In this document: piece after piece, positions 17,492-27,792 of the stretch | Layout: each line of letters opens with the position of its first letter | Numbering within the stretch: the first letter of the stretch is position 1 | Assembly (NCBI GenBank): GCA_051874735.1 | Contig: JBJEGD010000002.1 | Span: 140,434-184,452 of the forward strand | From: Candidatus Bruticola sp. | Lineage (GTDB): Bacteria; Vulcanimicrobiota; Xenobia; Xenobiales; Xenobiaceae | DNA: 44,019 bases | Direction: 5' to 3' | Position numbers and translations under genes: made by a program | The notes under the pieces: model-generated | The model's input: the letters and a program-made list of their open reading frames with translations, nothing else | Told to the model about the DNA's origin: nothing | Database searches by the model: none

Positions 17492-17497
17492 GGTCAT

Positions 17498-18298
17498 TTA
17501 AACGAGGAGTTTTAGACCGGCGATCTGTCCGGACGGTCTCCATGGCACACCAGGCTGATTTACTTTGCTGCGTTTTACAGCAAAAGTGCGTTGTTCTTCA
17601 CCGTAAAGCGGAGGGGGCGCCACCGAGTAAAAAGAGGTAAACTCAGTATCAGCTCCGGCTTCAGCCCAGCTTAACACCACACTGCGGCAAAAATAGACTT
17701 GAAAACCAGCCCTAATTAAGGCTGCGACAGAGCAGGGCAACTTAGAACAATCGGCCCCTTTAGCCCAATATTTGGCTATAACTTCCTCCGCTTTAGGAGA
17801 TTCCTTGTCTGGTTCTAAATATTGATAGCCGACTAACAAGCTAAAGCGTGCCGCTTCTAATGAGATGCAACTCTGTTCCTCCATAAACTTAGAGTACAAA
17901 CGATCGGCCCGTTCTAATATTTCTTCCTGCCAATCTTGGCATACGTCAGCTGACTCAAAACTTTGGAAAGCGCATAAACTCATATCGTAGACGCGCTCCC
18001 AACTGCTTTTCCAGGCTAGCGATTCCTCAATCTGTTTCATTTCAACTTCAGACAGTTGCTGGGTGGCTAACCAATCAACAAAACGGCGATTAACTAGCGA
18101 TCCCCGTTCAGCCAAACCGCAAATAGTGTACCATTCATGAGCTGGCAGACAAAAAAAGCCCTTCTCAGCATTAGGACAATCAGCCTCTTGAGCACAAACG
18201 CACACGAACTCGGCTCTGCTTTCTTCAAAGTCGGATCCACCTTCTACAAACCGACTTTCATAGCTGACATTTTTTTCAACAAATCGGGGGAAATTCAC
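17498..18298 (-). CDS. Hypothetical protein, probably co-transcribed with rapA
   Basis: 266-aa ORF starting 25 bp after the rapA stop; no family recognised. Confidence 0.6.
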   Translation of the reverse strand: MNFPRFVEKNVSYESRFVEGGSDFEESRAEFVCVCAQEADCPNAEKGFFCLPAHEWYTICGLAERGSLVNRRFVDWLATQQLSEVEMKQIEESLAWKSSWERVYDMSLCAFQSFESADVCQDWQEEILERADRLYSKFMEEQSCISLEAARFSLLVGYQYLEPDKESPKAEEVIAKYWAKGADCSKLPCSVAALIRAGFQVYFCRSVVLSWAEAGADTEFTSFYSVAPPPLYGEEQRTFAVKRSKVNQPGVPWRPSGQIAGLKLLV

Positions 18299-18323
18299 AA
18301 TTAGCGCATCCTGATCTCTTAAG

Positions 18324-21137
18324 TTAATTGCGTCCCGACTCCCCAGGTTCCATTACTACTAAGCGCACAGCATCGAGGCGGGGACTGGAATCGGCAATAG
18401 CTGAGTAAACAGTTTCATTTAAATCGTCCTGAGCCTCTATATCACTCTGAGAGACAGAAGGATTTACCTTGCTAAGTTCCTGAAGACGCAGTTTTTCACC
18501 TTCCAACTTGAATTTAGCCTTTTCCATAGCCTTATCGCGCATAGGCTTAACCATATTTTGCACCGCCTGCACGACCTTTTCTGTAAGAAGTTCAACCCTT
18601 TCTCCACACTTTTCCCAAAGCTTAATTACGCTGTTGGGTTTGATGCGCTTCAGACTTTCGTGGGAAGGTATTTCGCCTTTGTAAATATTGCCATTTAAAG
18701 TTACGTTAATCAAAATGGGCACCGGCGATAAGTACCGTCCTAATTCCAAATTGTCTTGACCAACGGCTTCAAAAATAAATAAAAATTGAATAATTACCCC
18801 GGCTTTAGGAGCAGATTTCCAATAGACAGCAGAAGCACTACCTTCAGTCCCATCTAAAGCAAATGATAAAATTTCCTTGACTAAGGGATGAGCTCCATTT
18901 AAATATTCAATCTCTTCGCGGGCTAAAGCTAACTGGCGATCGAAAGTAGCTAACATGCCGCCTTCGCGCAAACGAGACAGTGACTCAATTTGCATGTTCT
19001 TGCCGGGAGTGAGATGGTACAAACCGGAGGTGCTAAGCTCTTCTACGTTAATACCGAACCGCTCTAAAAGTTTTATAACCACATTTTCAATATCAAACTG
19101 CTTCGTTTCCGCTTCAATCAAAGAAGCCAGCTGACGGCCTCGTTCCTCGTTAAAAGAATTCAAATCGACTAAATAGTCGACATTATCTTCAGCCTTCTGT
19201 CTAAATTTCTTAGCCAATTCTAAAGATTGAGACAAAACACCCCTAAAATCGCCAGCTTCCAACAAAACTTTATCTAATTTGACTGCAACTGCAATTTCTT
19301 CTCCGCCTTCTACAGGACCAGCAAAAGAGCCTAAAATTTTATGCCAAGCAAATAGACGCTCTTCCGGCGTTCCTCTGAAATACATTATATAAACGTCGAC
19401 GGTATGAGTTTGTCCAATGCGATCTAAACGTCCGATACGCTGTTCCACAGTATCAGGACTCAAGGGTATATCCCAGAAAATCAGCGTGTGCGCAGCTTGA
19501 AAATTGCGTCCTTCGCTGCCTATTTCGCTACAAAGCAAAATATTAGCCCCTTCAGGATCGGTAAACCAAACGGCCTGCTTGTCGCGTTCAAATACAGTCA
19601 AACCTTCATGAAAAACAGCCGAATAAATACCGAAATTATCGCGCAACCTCTCATGCAGAGCTGACACTAGCTGCATGCGCTTAGCAATCAGCACAATTTT
19701 TTCTCCAGGATGCGATTTTATGTAAGATGCGATCCAGATAACACGCTGATCTTGACGCATCTGAGCAGCAGTCAGCTCTTTTAAACCGACAAAAACATTC
19801 TCGGCCACATTGCGGGAAAGTGGCACTGGATGAATGGAGCGTCCAGAAAACAGTGTAGACAACCGGTTGCGTCTGTTGCGGAAGAGTACCCTTCCTGGCC
19901 CATGGCGATCGATAAGAGCACTAAGCAAAGCATGACTGCAGTCTTTTAAATTATTATCGCTATCTAAATTATCTTTTAAGCTATCAGCCAAATGCTGCAC
20001 CTGCATATCGTTTGGGAAAGCCGCCGATATTGACTTCAGTGCCTCTAAAGTTAGGCTTTGGCGCTGTAAAGAATCGTTTTCCTGTAGAGAAGCACAAAGC
20101 TTCTTCGCCAGATCAGATCCGCGCTTCCACGCAGCTCGCTCCTCACAGTAATTGGAGAAATCGGTAAAACGCTTGGGATCTACTAAACGAAGCAAACCGA
20201 ATTCAGTTTCTAACCCGCTTTTAGAAGGAGTGGCAGTAAGCAAAAGAACGCTGGACGATTTATCTGCCAATTGGCGAACCGCTTCATAGGCGGTCTGCCC
20301 CTCATGCAAATGGTGAGCTTCGTCGACAATAAGCAGATCCCAATCGTACTTTAAAGCTTCATTTATTAACCCATCTTTTAAAGCTGTCCAAGGGGTAATA
20401 GCCCGGCGAGCGGACATGTAAGGATCGTCTTCTTCCAGAGCTTCGCTATCCACTAAACTAAACACTTCGTTAAAGCGGCGAGCCATCTCTGCCAACCACT
20501 GATGGGTCAAACTATCAGGCAGAACGATCAAAACTCGGGAAGCACGGCCACATTCACGCAATACGCTAAAAATACGTCCGGCCTCAATCGTTTTACCTAA
20601 GCCGACTTCATCGGACAGCAGAACGCGAGGGTTAATCATGGAACACACCCGCTCAGTAACATAAAGCTGATGAGGCAAAAGACTGGCTCTGGAAGCTCCC
20701 ATAAAGTAAGCTCCGGAACTCAACATTTTAGAACGCAATTTGTGAGCCGCTAAACGCAAAGGAAGATCTTCAGGATAGCCGACATTGCCATAGTACATGC
20801 GTCCCAAAGAGCTGGACAGAGGTACTTTGTCTTCCAAGTCGTCTTCCGACATAAACTGATCGCCATGCCAATATATTACTAAACCATTCTGCTGGCTCAG
20901 CCGCTCTATGCGAAAATGACGACCATCGCGAGCTACAGCCATTTGGCCAGGACGCAGAATAATGCGCCGCAGAGGAGCAGTCTTGATACTGTACAAACAC
21001 TCTTCAGATTTAGCCGGGAAATAAACTTTTAGCAAGCGATCTTCAATAACTTCTTCAACACATCCCAACCCCATCTGCGGATTTGACTCATTAATAATCC
21101 TCTGGCCCTTCACAAATTTATCTAATAGTTCAGACAT
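18324..21137 (-). CDS. rapA: RNA polymerase-associated SNF2-family ATPase RapA (HepA)
   Basis: GQR.....P.MGLG N-terminus; LLPHQL; LLSDEVGLGKTIEAG; DEAHH; LLLTATP; DRHGPGRVLFRN; CSEIGSEGRNFQ; EQRIGRLDRIGQ; RLDAVRLVV C-terminus. Confidence 0.92.
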   Translation of the reverse strand: MSELLDKFVKGQRIINESNPQMGLGCVEEVIEDRLLKVYFPAKSEECLYSIKTAPLRRIILRPGQMAVARDGRHFRIERLSQQNGLVIYWHGDQFMSEDDLEDKVPLSSSLGRMYYGNVGYPEDLPLRLAAHKLRSKMLSSGAYFMGASRASLLPHQLYVTERVCSMINPRVLLSDEVGLGKTIEAGRIFSVLRECGRASRVLIVLPDSLTHQWLAEMARRFNEVFSLVDSEALEEDDPYMSARRAITPWTALKDGLINEALKYDWDLLIVDEAHHLHEGQTAYEAVRQLADKSSSVLLLTATPSKSGLETEFGLLRLVDPKRFTDFSNYCEERAAWKRGSDLAKKLCASLQENDSLQRQSLTLEALKSISAAFPNDMQVQHLADSLKDNLDSDNNLKDCSHALLSALIDRHGPGRVLFRNRRNRLSTLFSGRSIHPVPLSRNVAENVFVGLKELTAAQMRQDQRVIWIASYIKSHPGEKIVLIAKRMQLVSALHERLRDNFGIYSAVFHEGLTVFERDKQAVWFTDPEGANILLCSEIGSEGRNFQAAHTLIFWDIPLSPDTVEQRIGRLDRIGQTHTVDVYIMYFRGTPEERLFAWHKILGSFAGPVEGGEEIAVAVKLDKVLLEAGDFRGVLSQSLELAKKFRQKAEDNVDYLVDLNSFNEERGRQLASLIEAETKQFDIENVVIKLLERFGINVEELSTSGLYHLTPGKNMQIESLSRLREGGMLATFDRQLALAREEIEYLNGAHPLVKEILSFALDGTEGSASAVYWKSAPKAGVIIQFLFIFEAVGQDNLELGRYLSPVPILINVTLNGNIYKGEIPSHESLKRIKPNSVIKLWEKCGERVELLTEKVVQAVQNMVKPMRDKAMEKAKFKLEGEKLRLQELSKVNPSVSQSDIEAQDDLNETVYSAIADSSPRLDAVRLVVMEPGESGRN

Positions 21138-21363
21138 ATTACTTCACCCAATAAAACACTATTATTCTGCGTTGTTTTAACCAAAAAAATAAGCATAGCG
21201 CCCCCTCCAGCCCCCCTACAGCCTAATCAAGCTAAGAAAACAAACAGCGCAGTCTATACCACTTTTTTAAGTTCTTTTCCTTTATACCGAGCCCACCCTA
21301 ACAGTATGCCCCAATACTTTTAACTAACTTCATTCCCAAACAACTCACCTAAGAATAACCAAC

Positions 21364-21412
21364 AAAAAAATCACAGACAGATTATTACGATCGAGCATAA
21401 CAATCTGTCTGT
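21364..21412 (-). terminator. OPT gene terminator
   Basis: acagacagatt ... aatctgtctgt inverted repeat with a T-run on the minus strand. Confidence 0.75.
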
Positions 21413-21452
21413 TGGACCTAAGCTTTATGTAACAACCTAATATCTATCAGCC

Positions 21453-23606
21453 CTACTCTCCCCCTTTACTTTCGGTTCCAGCCAGGCTGCTTCCCTCAGG
21501 TTCACAATCGTCCGCCCTAAATTCTTTAGTATAAGACTCATTAGCCCCAGTTACCTCAGATCTTTTACTATCAAAACAGGCCCAACTAAAGAGCGATCCT
21601 CCTAACAAGATAAAACATAAAGTGCCCAACAAATTGTAACCTGTCGGCCCCAAAATAGCATTAAGCGTTTTTTCTAGGCTAATACTGGCCAAGAAATTGG
21701 CAGCGGTATAATTTACACTACAAAGGGCAATTAACACCCCCGACAAAGCCCCTCCAGCTACTAAACCAGTAGCGAACAGGCTACCACTACTCAATTCATC
21801 ATTGGCAGACCTATTCTTGGTGATATTGTAGCTGTCGGCTAAACCGCGAACTAATCCGCCGACAAATATAGGCAAAGTTGTCGAAATTGGCAAATAGGCT
21901 CCCACAGCGAAAGATAGGGCGTTAACCCCGCAAAGTTCAAAAGTTAGCGCTAAAAATGCCCCTACCAAAACGAATTGCCAATCTAAATTAAAAGACAGCA
22001 AACCGCGAATCAGCGTGGCCATAAGTGTACCTTGTGGAGCCGGATACTGAGCAGTGCCAATAGCATGAGTTATACCTTGAGCCTGCATTTCTAAAGTAGG
22101 AGCATCTAAAACGTGAATAGTCCAGCCCACAGCAAAAGAAGAGACAATAGCACCAATAAACAAAGCGATTTGCTGATACTTAGGAGTAGCCCCTATCAAA
22201 TATCCGGTTTTCAGATCTTGACTAGTAGCTCCGGAAGTAGCGGCAGCAATACAGACTATACTTCCAACTACTAAGGCTAAAGGTTCGTAAAAATGGCCGG
22301 TCCAGCCTAATGAAATAAAAATCAGACAAGTTCCCATTATAGTAGCTATCGTCATACCTGATATAGGACTGGAGCTACTGCCTATTAAGCCGACAATCCG
22401 GCTAGAAACAGTCACAAAGAAAAAGCCGAAAATAACGATTAAAACAGCCAACACAATTTTACCTAAAAAAGTATGGGCTGGCAGAATAGGTAAAAAAGCG
22501 AGTACAGCGATTAATACAGCGCAGCCTATAAGCACAAAAGCCATCGAAAGATCGCGATCTGTGCGCCGTTTCTGCGACACTTCTTCCTTATTTTTTAATG
22601 ATTTTAAACTTGATAAGAAAGAAGAAAGGATGGTGGGAAAAGTTTTTAAAAGTGTTATGAAACCTCCGCAAGCTACGGCTCCGGCGCCTATTTGGCGCAC
22701 GTAAGCACGATAAATAGCCCCCGGCACATCACTAAAAGTGTGGGTAAGAGGATTCCAACCGCACGGTCCGCCCGCAGTCAGGAGATCGGGCATTTCCCCC
22801 AAATTAACCAGCTGCTGAGCTATGACCTCCATAGGCAGCAAAGTAGCTAGCAAGGGTATTAGGGCCAGCCAAGATAGCACTCCCCCAGCGACCATAACTC
22901 CAGATAAACGCGGTCCGACAATATAGCCTATACCTAAATATTCAGGAGTAATCTCTCCTCCCACATAAGCTGAAGGCCAAAATTTATTTTTCAAGGAAGT
23001 TATAAAGCAAGGAGTCTGCGCTATAAAGCGGATTCCTTTCTGCAGCAACGCATAAGCAAAAGCTGCAGCTACTCCCCAATAAGCATTTTTAGCGAACTCT
23101 CCCCCTTGGTCTCCAGCTATTAAAACTTGAGCACAAGCTGTGCCCTCAGGATACGGCAGCTTATCATGTTCCTGAACTATTAAATTGGGACGCAGCGGCA
23201 CCATCATAAGAGTACCCAGTAAACCGCCACATAAAGCTAGAATAAAAATTACCCAGTAATGAAAAAAAGAGGGGCCATCCGAACCAGCGCTCAAGAACAG
23301 AAAGCCCGGTAACGTGAAAATCACTCCTGAAGCGATAGACTCACTAGCGGAACCAGTCGTTTGGATAATGTTGTTTTCCAGAATAGTTGTTTTAAATAAA
23401 CGTCGACCACATGAAATCGCTAATACCGCAATAGGAATTGAAGCCGAAACTGTCATCCCCGCTTTCAAGGCTAAATAAACTGAAGCAGCACCAAACAGAG
23501 CGCCGAAAAAGACTCCCATAATTACAGCCCTGAAAGTAAATTCACGCATGTTCTGCTGCGGCTGTATATAAGGGGTAAATTCTGTGTTATCAATTTCAGA
23601 AGTCAA
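21453..23606 (-). CDS. OPT family oligopeptide / metal-chelate transporter
   Basis: EFTFRA; YLALKAGMTVSASIPIAV; LENNIIQT; LPYPEGTACA; QDLKTGYLIGATP; PAPQ. Confidence 0.93.
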   Translation of the reverse strand: MTSEIDNTEFTPYIQPQQNMREFTFRAVIMGVFFGALFGAASVYLALKAGMTVSASIPIAVLAISCGRRLFKTTILENNIIQTTGSASESIASGVIFTLPGFLFLSAGSDGPSFFHYWVIFILALCGGLLGTLMMVPLRPNLIVQEHDKLPYPEGTACAQVLIAGDQGGEFAKNAYWGVAAAFAYALLQKGIRFIAQTPCFITSLKNKFWPSAYVGGEITPEYLGIGYIVGPRLSGVMVAGGVLSWLALIPLLATLLPMEVIAQQLVNLGEMPDLLTAGGPCGWNPLTHTFSDVPGAIYRAYVRQIGAGAVACGGFITLLKTFPTILSSFLSSLKSLKNKEEVSQKRRTDRDLSMAFVLIGCAVLIAVLAFLPILPAHTFLGKIVLAVLIVIFGFFFVTVSSRIVGLIGSSSSPISGMTIATIMGTCLIFISLGWTGHFYEPLALVVGSIVCIAAATSGATSQDLKTGYLIGATPKYQQIALFIGAIVSSFAVGWTIHVLDAPTLEMQAQGITHAIGTAQYPAPQGTLMATLIRGLLSFNLDWQFVLVGAFLALTFELCGVNALSFAVGAYLPISTTLPIFVGGLVRGLADSYNITKNRSANDELSSGSLFATGLVAGGALSGVLIALCSVNYTAANFLASISLEKTLNAILGPTGYNLLGTLCFILLGGSLFSWACFDSKRSEVTGANESYTKEFRADDCEPEGSSLAGTESKGGE

Positions 23607-23744
23607 AGCACTATAAACCTATCTATATAAACCGAAAAAAATTTTTCCTACACTGTTGCTTATTAAGCAGCCTGCTGGACAGACAGCTTACAAACAAGTA
23701 GCTAAATTTGCCGAACAGCTGAACTTTTTTATATTCAGCCATAA

Positions 23745-24563
23745 TTAAAGCACACTAGATTGACGTCCCCTATTATGTTCTGAAAGCCCGTACTCTGTGC
23801 GCAAATCTTCTACCCTCCCCTGTATATCTTCAATGCGATCTTGAGTCAGCGGGTGAGTGCTAAGCAAAGAGTTCATAAACTGACTATCCCCCTTGCCGCT
23901 GTCATTTTTCTTCAAAATTTGTAAAGCTTCCACGCCGTAACCCGGATCGTAGCCGGCTTTGCACATAAGCAAAGTACCGCCGTTATCTGCTTCTTTTTCC
24001 TGCGATTGACTATAACGGTTGCCGATCACAAAATTGGTCATACCTACTAAGTTTGAAATTTGATTGCGGTTGCCGCCCCTAATTAAGCTAGTTAACAAAG
24101 CTCCCCCCAATTGCCCCATCATGGAACGCTCCAGTGCTTTTACAGAGTGGCGCTTTTCTACGTGAGTAATTTCATGTCCCAGCACAAAACTAAGCTGATT
24201 AAGGCTCATTACTTTACATATACCTTTAGTAACGTATATGTAGCCGCCAGGAAAAGCGAACGCATTTATTACATCTTGATTTAGAACTTTAAAACTGTAA
24301 GGTATACCTCGTTCACCGTACTTAACCAAACTCTGCCCCAAATTGTTTATTTGGGAAGCTAGCTGAGCATTTTGGACTAAACCGTATTTTTTTTCTATTT
24401 GCTGCGAAGACGACTTGCCTATCTGAATTTCTTGCTTAACAGAGATCATCGCAGCCCAAGCCGGAATAGTTAAGGCAAAGAGCAGCACTAACAAATACAC
24501 GCTCATTTTCTTTGTCTTGTTATTATTGAACATACCGGAAAACCTCTGCAAAATGAAAAACAT
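23745..24563 (-). CDS. M48 family zinc metallopeptidase (secreted)
   Basis: INAFAFPGGYIYV; GHEITHV (HExxH); YSQSQEKEAD; STHP...RI. True start is probably a downstream Met. Confidence 0.9.
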   Translation of the reverse strand: MFFILQRFSGMFNNNKTKKMSVYLLVLLFALTIPAWAAMISVKQEIQIGKSSSQQIEKKYGLVQNAQLASQINNLGQSLVKYGERGIPYSFKVLNQDVINAFAFPGGYIYVTKGICKVMSLNQLSFVLGHEITHVEKRHSVKALERSMMGQLGGALLTSLIRGGNRNQISNLVGMTNFVIGNRYSQSQEKEADNGGTLLMCKAGYDPGYGVEALQILKKNDSGKGDSQFMNSLLSTHPLTQDRIEDIQGRVEDLRTEYGLSEHNRGRQSSVL

Positions 24564-24576
24564 ATCTAAAGCAATT

Positions 24577-25398
24577 TTAACAGTTTACATTAGATCGTAT
24601 AAAGATTTTAGGAGGCACTTCAGCTATAATTTCTGCCTGAACCCGAAAAACTTGACTGATTAAACTCTTGGTCAACACCTGATCAGGCCGACCATCGGCG
24701 GCAATCTTACCTTTATTCAACACAATTAGCCGCGAACAGTACTGCGCCGCCAAATTTAAATCGTGCAGGACAGCTACTATCGTCAGTTGCCTCTCTTTGT
24801 TCAAACGCCAAACTAAATCCATAATTTCTATTTGAAAGCAGACGTCTAAATGGTTAGTTGGTTCATCTAAAAATAAAATAGAAGTTGATTGGGCTAAGGC
24901 TTGAGCTATGCGTACTCTCTGCACCTCGCCACCGGAAAGTTCTGAAATATACCGATCGGCTAAATGAAATGTAGCGGTATCCTGCATAGCTTGAATAACC
25001 GACTGAGCCCGAACCTGATAATTATTCCACATGCTATTGCGGGCGCAGCAGCCCATTTCTACAATCTCTTTACAAGTAAAATCCTGCCATACAGAAACAG
25101 TTTGAGGGACAAAAGCCAATTTCTGAGCGATTTGACGCCGCGACATGGTGCTGCAATCCACACCATACAGTAAAGCCTTGCCGCGATCTGCAGCTAGGAG
25201 TCCAGCCAAGATACGCAGCAAGGTGGATTTACCTGTACCGTTAGGGCCCAAAATACCGATAAATTCCCCTCTGTGCACCGTAAGCGACAGGTTGTCTAGA
25301 ACAGGAGCTCCTACTTTGTAGGCATAAGTTACCCCTTCTGCCCGTATTACAGCTGAATCAGTCATAGTATTTTCATATTTATCCATAAAAAAATACAC
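24577..25398 (-). CDS. Cobalamin/iron-chelate ABC transporter ATP-binding protein
   Basis: GPNGTGKS; LSGGEVQRV; LDEPTNHLD; VLHDLNLAAQYC. Confidence 0.92.
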   Translation of the reverse strand: MYFFMDKYENTMTDSAVIRAEGVTYAYKVGAPVLDNLSLTVHRGEFIGILGPNGTGKSTLLRILAGLLAADRGKALLYGVDCSTMSRRQIAQKLAFVPQTVSVWQDFTCKEIVEMGCCARNSMWNNYQVRAQSVIQAMQDTATFHLADRYISELSGGEVQRVRIAQALAQSTSILFLDEPTNHLDVCFQIEIMDLVWRLNKERQLTIVAVLHDLNLAAQYCSRLIVLNKGKIAADGRPDQVLTKSLISQVFRVQAEIIAEVPPKIFIRSNVNC

Positions 25399-25465
25399 AC
25401 CGTTATAACAAAAATAGTGCGCTGCGCCGTTAACGTGCGAAAATTTTTGCGTCTTACAAACTCTT

Positions 25466-26566
25466 TCAGTGACGTTCCCTTTTCAAAATAAAGAAAAAGA
25501 AGGGTGCTCCAACTAGAGCAGTAAGAACTCCCACTGGCAATTCCTGAGGAGCTATTATTGTTCTAGACATAGTATCGGCAATTACCAAAAAAGCGGCCCC
25601 ATTTATAGCGGCTACAGGTAAAAGCAATCGATGATCTGGTCCGGTAAAAAGGCGTGTCATATGAGGGACTACCAAGCCTAAAAAACCGATCATACCGGCC
25701 ACAGCCACTGAGGCAGCCGTCATCAGAGAACAAGCCACCACCACGGCTATTTTCAACGTTTCTGTGTTTACTCCCAACGATTTAGCATGTTCTTCTCCCA
25801 TGCAGAGCATGTTCATAGGTACGGCACACCACATAAGCACCACAAAACCTGCAGCCAGATAAGGAGCGGTCATAATAATCGAAGAAAAATCAGCTTGGTC
25901 AAGTGTTCCCATCATCCAGATGATAACTCGCTGCAGATCTTGTTTGGCAGCGCTCATCAGCAAACTTACCAATGCACTAGTAAAAGAACCGACTATAACT
26001 CCAGCTAATAGAAATGTTCCCACAGGGAGTCCTCTATCAGCTTTTGCCAAGCGGTAAACGGCTAGCATAGCTATGACAGCTCCTATGAAAGCCATAATAG
26101 GAACTGAAGGAAGATAAGGACTAAAATTGGGGATATGAAAAACTATCGCTAAAGTGGCACCTAAAGAAGCCCCTGAAGAAGTTCCTACTATGTACGGATC
26201 AGCTAGTGGATTGCGCAAGATAGCCTGAAATCCGCATCCAGCCAAAGACAAAGAAGCCCCTGAAAGCATAGCCAGCAAAATGCGCGGCCCACGCAGATCA
26301 AAAATAATAATGCGGCTGGCTTCTGGTAAACGTTCAGGATCGGTGAGCATCAAAACAAAGTCGGACCAAGGCAAAGCTACAGATCCGAAAAAAGAGGCAG
26401 CAGCTACAGCAATGAGCAATAAAACCACAGAAAGCGACAGAATACCAGCCGCCCTCCAGCCAGCATAGCGAAGACGGCGCAAGTAAACGGCTGTCATTCT
26501 TTCCCGACTTAATTCTGCTTCGTTAGGCAGCTGACTAAAGAGGTTCGGTGTCATAATCTTCCTCAA
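25466..26566 (-). CDS. Cobalamin/iron-chelate ABC transporter permease (BtuC/FecCD family)
   Basis: R.PR; QAILRNPLADPYIVGTSSGA; GEEHAKSLGV; IGFLGLVVPH; ELPVG. Confidence 0.93.
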   Translation of the reverse strand: MRKIMTPNLFSQLPNEAELSRERMTAVYLRRLRYAGWRAAGILSLSVVLLLIAVAAASFFGSVALPWSDFVLMLTDPERLPEASRIIIFDLRGPRILLAMLSGASLSLAGCGFQAILRNPLADPYIVGTSSGASLGATLAIVFHIPNFSPYLPSVPIMAFIGAVIAMLAVYRLAKADRGLPVGTFLLAGVIVGSFTSALVSLLMSAAKQDLQRVIIWMMGTLDQADFSSIIMTAPYLAAGFVVLMWCAVPMNMLCMGEEHAKSLGVNTETLKIAVVVACSLMTAASVAVAGMIGFLGLVVPHMTRLFTGPDHRLLLPVAAINGAAFLVIADTMSRTIIAPQELPVGVLTALVGAPFFFFILKRERH

Positions 26567-27524
26567 AATATTGATGCAGAAGTTCTACTCCTTGCAAAGA
26601 TCGCATAGTCGATCTGTGCAGCAAGCCAGAAGGGACATAATGAACGCGCCCAGATTGAACAGCCCGCAAAGAGGACCATCCTGGAAGCTGCTTTAAATCG
26701 GAAGCTGTATCGCAGCTCATAACTACTATATCAGGATCGCGACGCAGCAAATCTTCCATAGAGACTGAAGGATAAGACGCGCTCAAATCAGCATAGCAGT
26801 TGCTACCGCCAGCCATATTCAGCAACTCGTCGATAAAAGAACCGCGGCCTACAGTAGTAATCGGAGAGGGCCAAATAGCCAAAACAACTCTAGGACTCCA
26901 TTTTTTTCGGCTGTTTCGTTCAGAACATAACTGACGAAAAGCTGCTAATTGTTTCAGTAAGACAACCGCTTCTTTTTCCCGATCCAAAGCACGGCCCAGC
27001 ACGGGCAATACTGCGGCTAAATCATCTAAACTGTTGAGCTGCAGTTTCAACTGCTCAGCTTTTATTCTGCGCAAACGCTCAGCAGCTCCCGCAGGCAGCA
27101 ACCTATCATCGTATACAATTAAATCTGGAGCCGCAGCCGCAATGAGCTCAAAATTAGGATACATATCACCTACACTGGGAATATGTTTAACGGATGGAGG
27201 GTAGTCATCGTTATCGGTTACGCCTACCAGCAAATCCTCAGCTCCCAAATTACATATAGTTTCAGTAAGGCTGGGGGTAAGTGAAACGGTACGCTTAAAT
27301 CGGCAGCGTCCTTGGGTAGAGAATTCTTTATCCCATAAAGAAGCTCTAGCCGTACTTTTCAGGATTTTTCCGCTATTCCTGACTGAGTACATACAATAAA
27401 CGGTGCCGATAATAAGGGCCCAAATAAAAAAGGCCTCCCCTATCCAACTCCATGCCACCGTCTTCATACTAAACTTCTTCATAAGTGGGGGCTGTTTTTT
27501 ATGAGAACCTTTTCTTCCTTCCAT
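26535..27524 (-). CDS. BtuF-like helical-backbone substrate-binding protein
   Basis: VSLTPSLTETICNLGA..LLVGVT..DDYPP; GSFIDELLNMAGG.N; YPSVSMEDLLRRDPD; W..LRAV. Start codon uncertain. Confidence 0.85.
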   Translation of the reverse strand: MEGRKGSHKKQPPLMKKFSMKTVAWSWIGEAFFIWALIIGTVYCMYSVRNSGKILKSTARASLWDKEFSTQGRCRFKRTVSLTPSLTETICNLGAEDLLVGVTDNDDYPPSVKHIPSVGDMYPNFELIAAAAPDLIVYDDRLLPAGAAERLRRIKAEQLKLQLNSLDDLAAVLPVLGRALDREKEAVVLLKQLAAFRQLCSERNSRKKWSPRVVLAIWPSPITTVGRGSFIDELLNMAGGSNCYADLSASYPSVSMEDLLRRDPDIVVMSCDTASDLKQLPGWSSLRAVQSGRVHYVPSGLLHRSTMRSLQGVELLHQYFEEDYDTEPL

Positions 27525-27792
27525 TAAGCCTAAAGCCTACAAGGAAGAAAGCTTACGTTGTCGAAGGCGGGCAAGCCTTAGTGGGGGTGTCTTTTCTGTA
27601 GGCTGATTTCGGTTAGGCCGAACGATAGATGTATGCCTATTTTTTTGCAAAGTCGGCGATGTGCTGCACCTCATGCAAACGGCTGCAGCCAGCTCACTTA
27701 CACAGGTTACAAACCGGTGGTCAAGCTAAATGAGCCGACTCTTTTTGCCAGGTCTGCGCGCGCCAGACTGCTAGGAGTATAGTAAATAAATA

